Positions 61,698-64,000 of a stretch of DNA of 64,000 bases are shown piece after piece; within the stretch, counting starts at the first letter, position 1, and each line of letters starts with the position of its first letter. The notes under the pieces are model-generated. The model made no database searches. It was given only the letters and a program-made list of their open reading frames with translations, and was not told where the DNA came from. The DNA is from Eledone cirrhosa (lineage: Eukaryota): assembly GCA_964016885.1 (NCBI GenBank), contig OZ024747.1, positions 48,794,001 through 48,858,000 of the forward strand. Direction: 5' to 3'. The position numbers were made by a program, and so were the translations under genes.

Positions 61698-61733
<36 letters not shown>

Positions 61734-61793
61734 TATATACATTATATATGTGTGAGTGTATGAATATATGCGTATATATATATATATATATAT

Positions 61794-62321
61794 GTAGATA
61801 AATCTACCAAGAGTTTACGGTAGTGTCCAATCCGTATGAAGAACTCAATGTATTCCGGATATCATGGAAAGAAGAGATGTAATGAAAATCCAATTTCGGT
61901 GAAAGATAAACGGTATACAGAGTCAAGATAAAATATTAAACAAATAATGAACAAACAATTCCTTATATTAAACAAAAAAAGTTCACTATTTAACGATCGT
62001 TTCTAGGGCATATATGTGTTATAATTGGTATGCATATTTAACAGATCTATGTACAAAATTATACAAAATTATACAAATTATCAAGATTAAATATACATAC
62101 CTAACTCATATATACGCCGTCTTCAGAAATAATGAAGACGGCGTATATATGAGTTAGGTATGTATATTTAATCTTGATAATTTGTATAATTTTGTATAAT
62201 TTTGTACATAGATCTGTTAAATATGCATACCAATTATAACACATATATGCCCTAGAAACGATCGTTAAATAGTGAACTTTTTTTGTTTAATATAAGGAAT
62301 TGTTTGTTCATTATTTGTTTA

Positions 62322-62330
<9 letters not shown>
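61794..62330 (-). mobile_element. Family C fold-back centred at HHR stem I/core
   Basis: ...cttcagaaataa|tgaagacg...; HHR 61984-62132 (-). Confidence 0.85.
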
Positions 62331-62372
<42 letters not shown>

Positions 62373-62376
<4 letters not shown>

Positions 62377-62567
62377 GAGGAGTTGTGGTAAGGAACCTGA
62401 TGGACCATAACGCACCAGAGTACTCAATACTTAGACTTAGGGTAGTAGAGTGGGTAATAGGAGAAAGTATGACCCCGACGGCAGAGCCCAAGTCATTTCG
62501 ACGGCTATTTCAGTCCAGAAATAGCCGTCGAAACGGCTTGAGCTCTGCCGTCTGGGTCATACTTTCT

Positions 62568-62570
<3 letters not shown>
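62373..62570 (-). mobile_element. Family B copy 5
   Basis: Reverse orientation, same arm end-point. Confidence 0.85.
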
Positions 62571-62648
<78 letters not shown>

Positions 62649-62984
62649 TATGTATGTGAATAGTGAAGGGGAGAGCGAAAGAAAGAAAGAGGGTGAAAGA
62701 GACAGAGTGTGTGCAACATTCCTGCGGTGTATTCAGATTGTGCAATTCCGGTCGTTCAATCTAAATGTGTAGCCTTGTTGATTGCATGTGCACGGCTGGC
62801 AGTGGTGGTGGGGTGCAGCTGAAATACACCCTAGTTTCTGGCGTTATATGAAAGGGTGGGAGAGAAAGAAGAGGTGTAGAGTTACGAACGGAAGGGGAGG
62901 TGAGACAGGAGAGGGAGAGAGGAGTGTAACGGATTAGATGAGGCGCTGATGTGGAAAGAGACATAATGATGATTGTGGTAGCAG

Positions 62985-63110
62985 AAGTGATGGTGCTGGT
63001 GGTGGTGGTGGTGGTGGTGTCGAGGCTAATGGTGGTAGTGATGATGATGATGGTGGTGGTGGTGGTGGTGGTGGTGGTGGTGGTGGTGGTGTCGAGGCTA
63101 ATGGTGGTAG

Positions 63111-63141
<31 letters not shown>

Positions 63142-63197
63142 GGTGGTGGTGGTGGTGGTGGTGGTGGTGGTGGTGGTGTCGAGGCTAATGGTGGTAG

Positions 63198-63231
<34 letters not shown>

Positions 63232-63410
63232 GGTGTCGAGGCTAATGGTGGTAGTGATGATGATGATGGTGGTGGTGGTGGTGGTGGTGGTGGTGGCGGT
63301 GGTGGCGGTGGTGGTGGTGGTGGTGGTGGTGGTGGTGGTGGTGGCGGTGGTGGCGGTGGTGGTGGTGATGGTGGTGTCGAGGCTAATGGTGGTAGTGATG
63401 ATGATGAAGA

Positions 63411-63444
<34 letters not shown>

Positions 63445-63506
63445 GGTGGTGGTGGTGGTGGTGGTGGTGGTGGTGGTGGTGGTGGTGTCGAGGCTAATGG
63501 TGGTAG

Positions 63507-63540
<34 letters not shown>

Positions 63541-63866
63541 GGTGTCGAGGCTAATGGTGGTAGTGATGATGATGATGGTGGTGGTGGTGGTGGTGGTGGT
63601 GGTGGTGGTGGTGGTGTCGAGGCTAATAGTGGTAGTGATGATGATGATGGTGATGGTGGTGGTGGTGGTGGTGTCGAGGCTAATGGTGGTAGTGATGATG
63701 ATGATGGTGATGGTGATGGTGGTGGTGGTGTTGGTGGTGGTGGTGTCGAGGCTAATGGTGGTAGTGATGATGATGATGGTGGTGGTGGTGGTGGTGGTGG
63801 TGGTGGCGGTGGTGGTGGTGATGGTGGTGTCGAGGCTAATGGTGGTAGTGATGATGATGAAGATGA

Positions 63867-63900
<34 letters not shown>

Positions 63901-63945
63901 GGTGGTGGTGGTGGTGGTGATGGTGGTGGTAGTGGTAGTGGTGGT
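62985..63945. repeat. Minisatellite: (GGT)n-GTCGAGGCTAATGGTGGTAGT-(GAT)n
   Basis: About a dozen units with a fixed core and variable-length triplet runs. Confidence 0.95.
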
Positions 63946-64000
63946 GTTCTATTGGTGGTTTTCGTTGTGTTGGTGTTGGTAATGGTGATGATGTTGGTGG

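Noticed and set aside
62951-63982. 343-aa V/M-rich ORF
   Set aside because: A by-product of a triplet minisatellite; no coding evidence.

Overview
AT-rich, microsatellite-saturated eukaryotic intergenic/intronic DNA. The SINE families and the (TA)n/(CA)n/(TACA)n density suggest an animal, probably a cephalopod such as Octopus (inference). No host protein-coding gene could be supported. The window is almost entirely retroelement-derived: at least six Penelope-like elements (PLEs; RT plus GIY-YIG, two with Naiad-like motifs), a decayed Tx1/L1 LINE, three R4/Dong-like RLE LINE 3' fragments next to (TACA)n, RTE fragments, tRNA-type SINEs, and hAT- and Helitron-like remnants. The main signal is roughly 20 small fold-back (inverted-arm) inserts in (TA)n tracts, derived from PLE pseudo-LTRs, plus about 30 type-I hammerhead ribozyme (HHR) motifs found by eye. 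These include repeated non-canonical cores (U3:A8 covariants and a family-wide CAGAAGA core) and very large stem II insertions. Arm end-points recur at TA-like microhomologies and at the ribozyme, suggesting two-ended priming on the self-complementary (TA)n target. All calls are manual reads and coordinates are approximate to a few bases.
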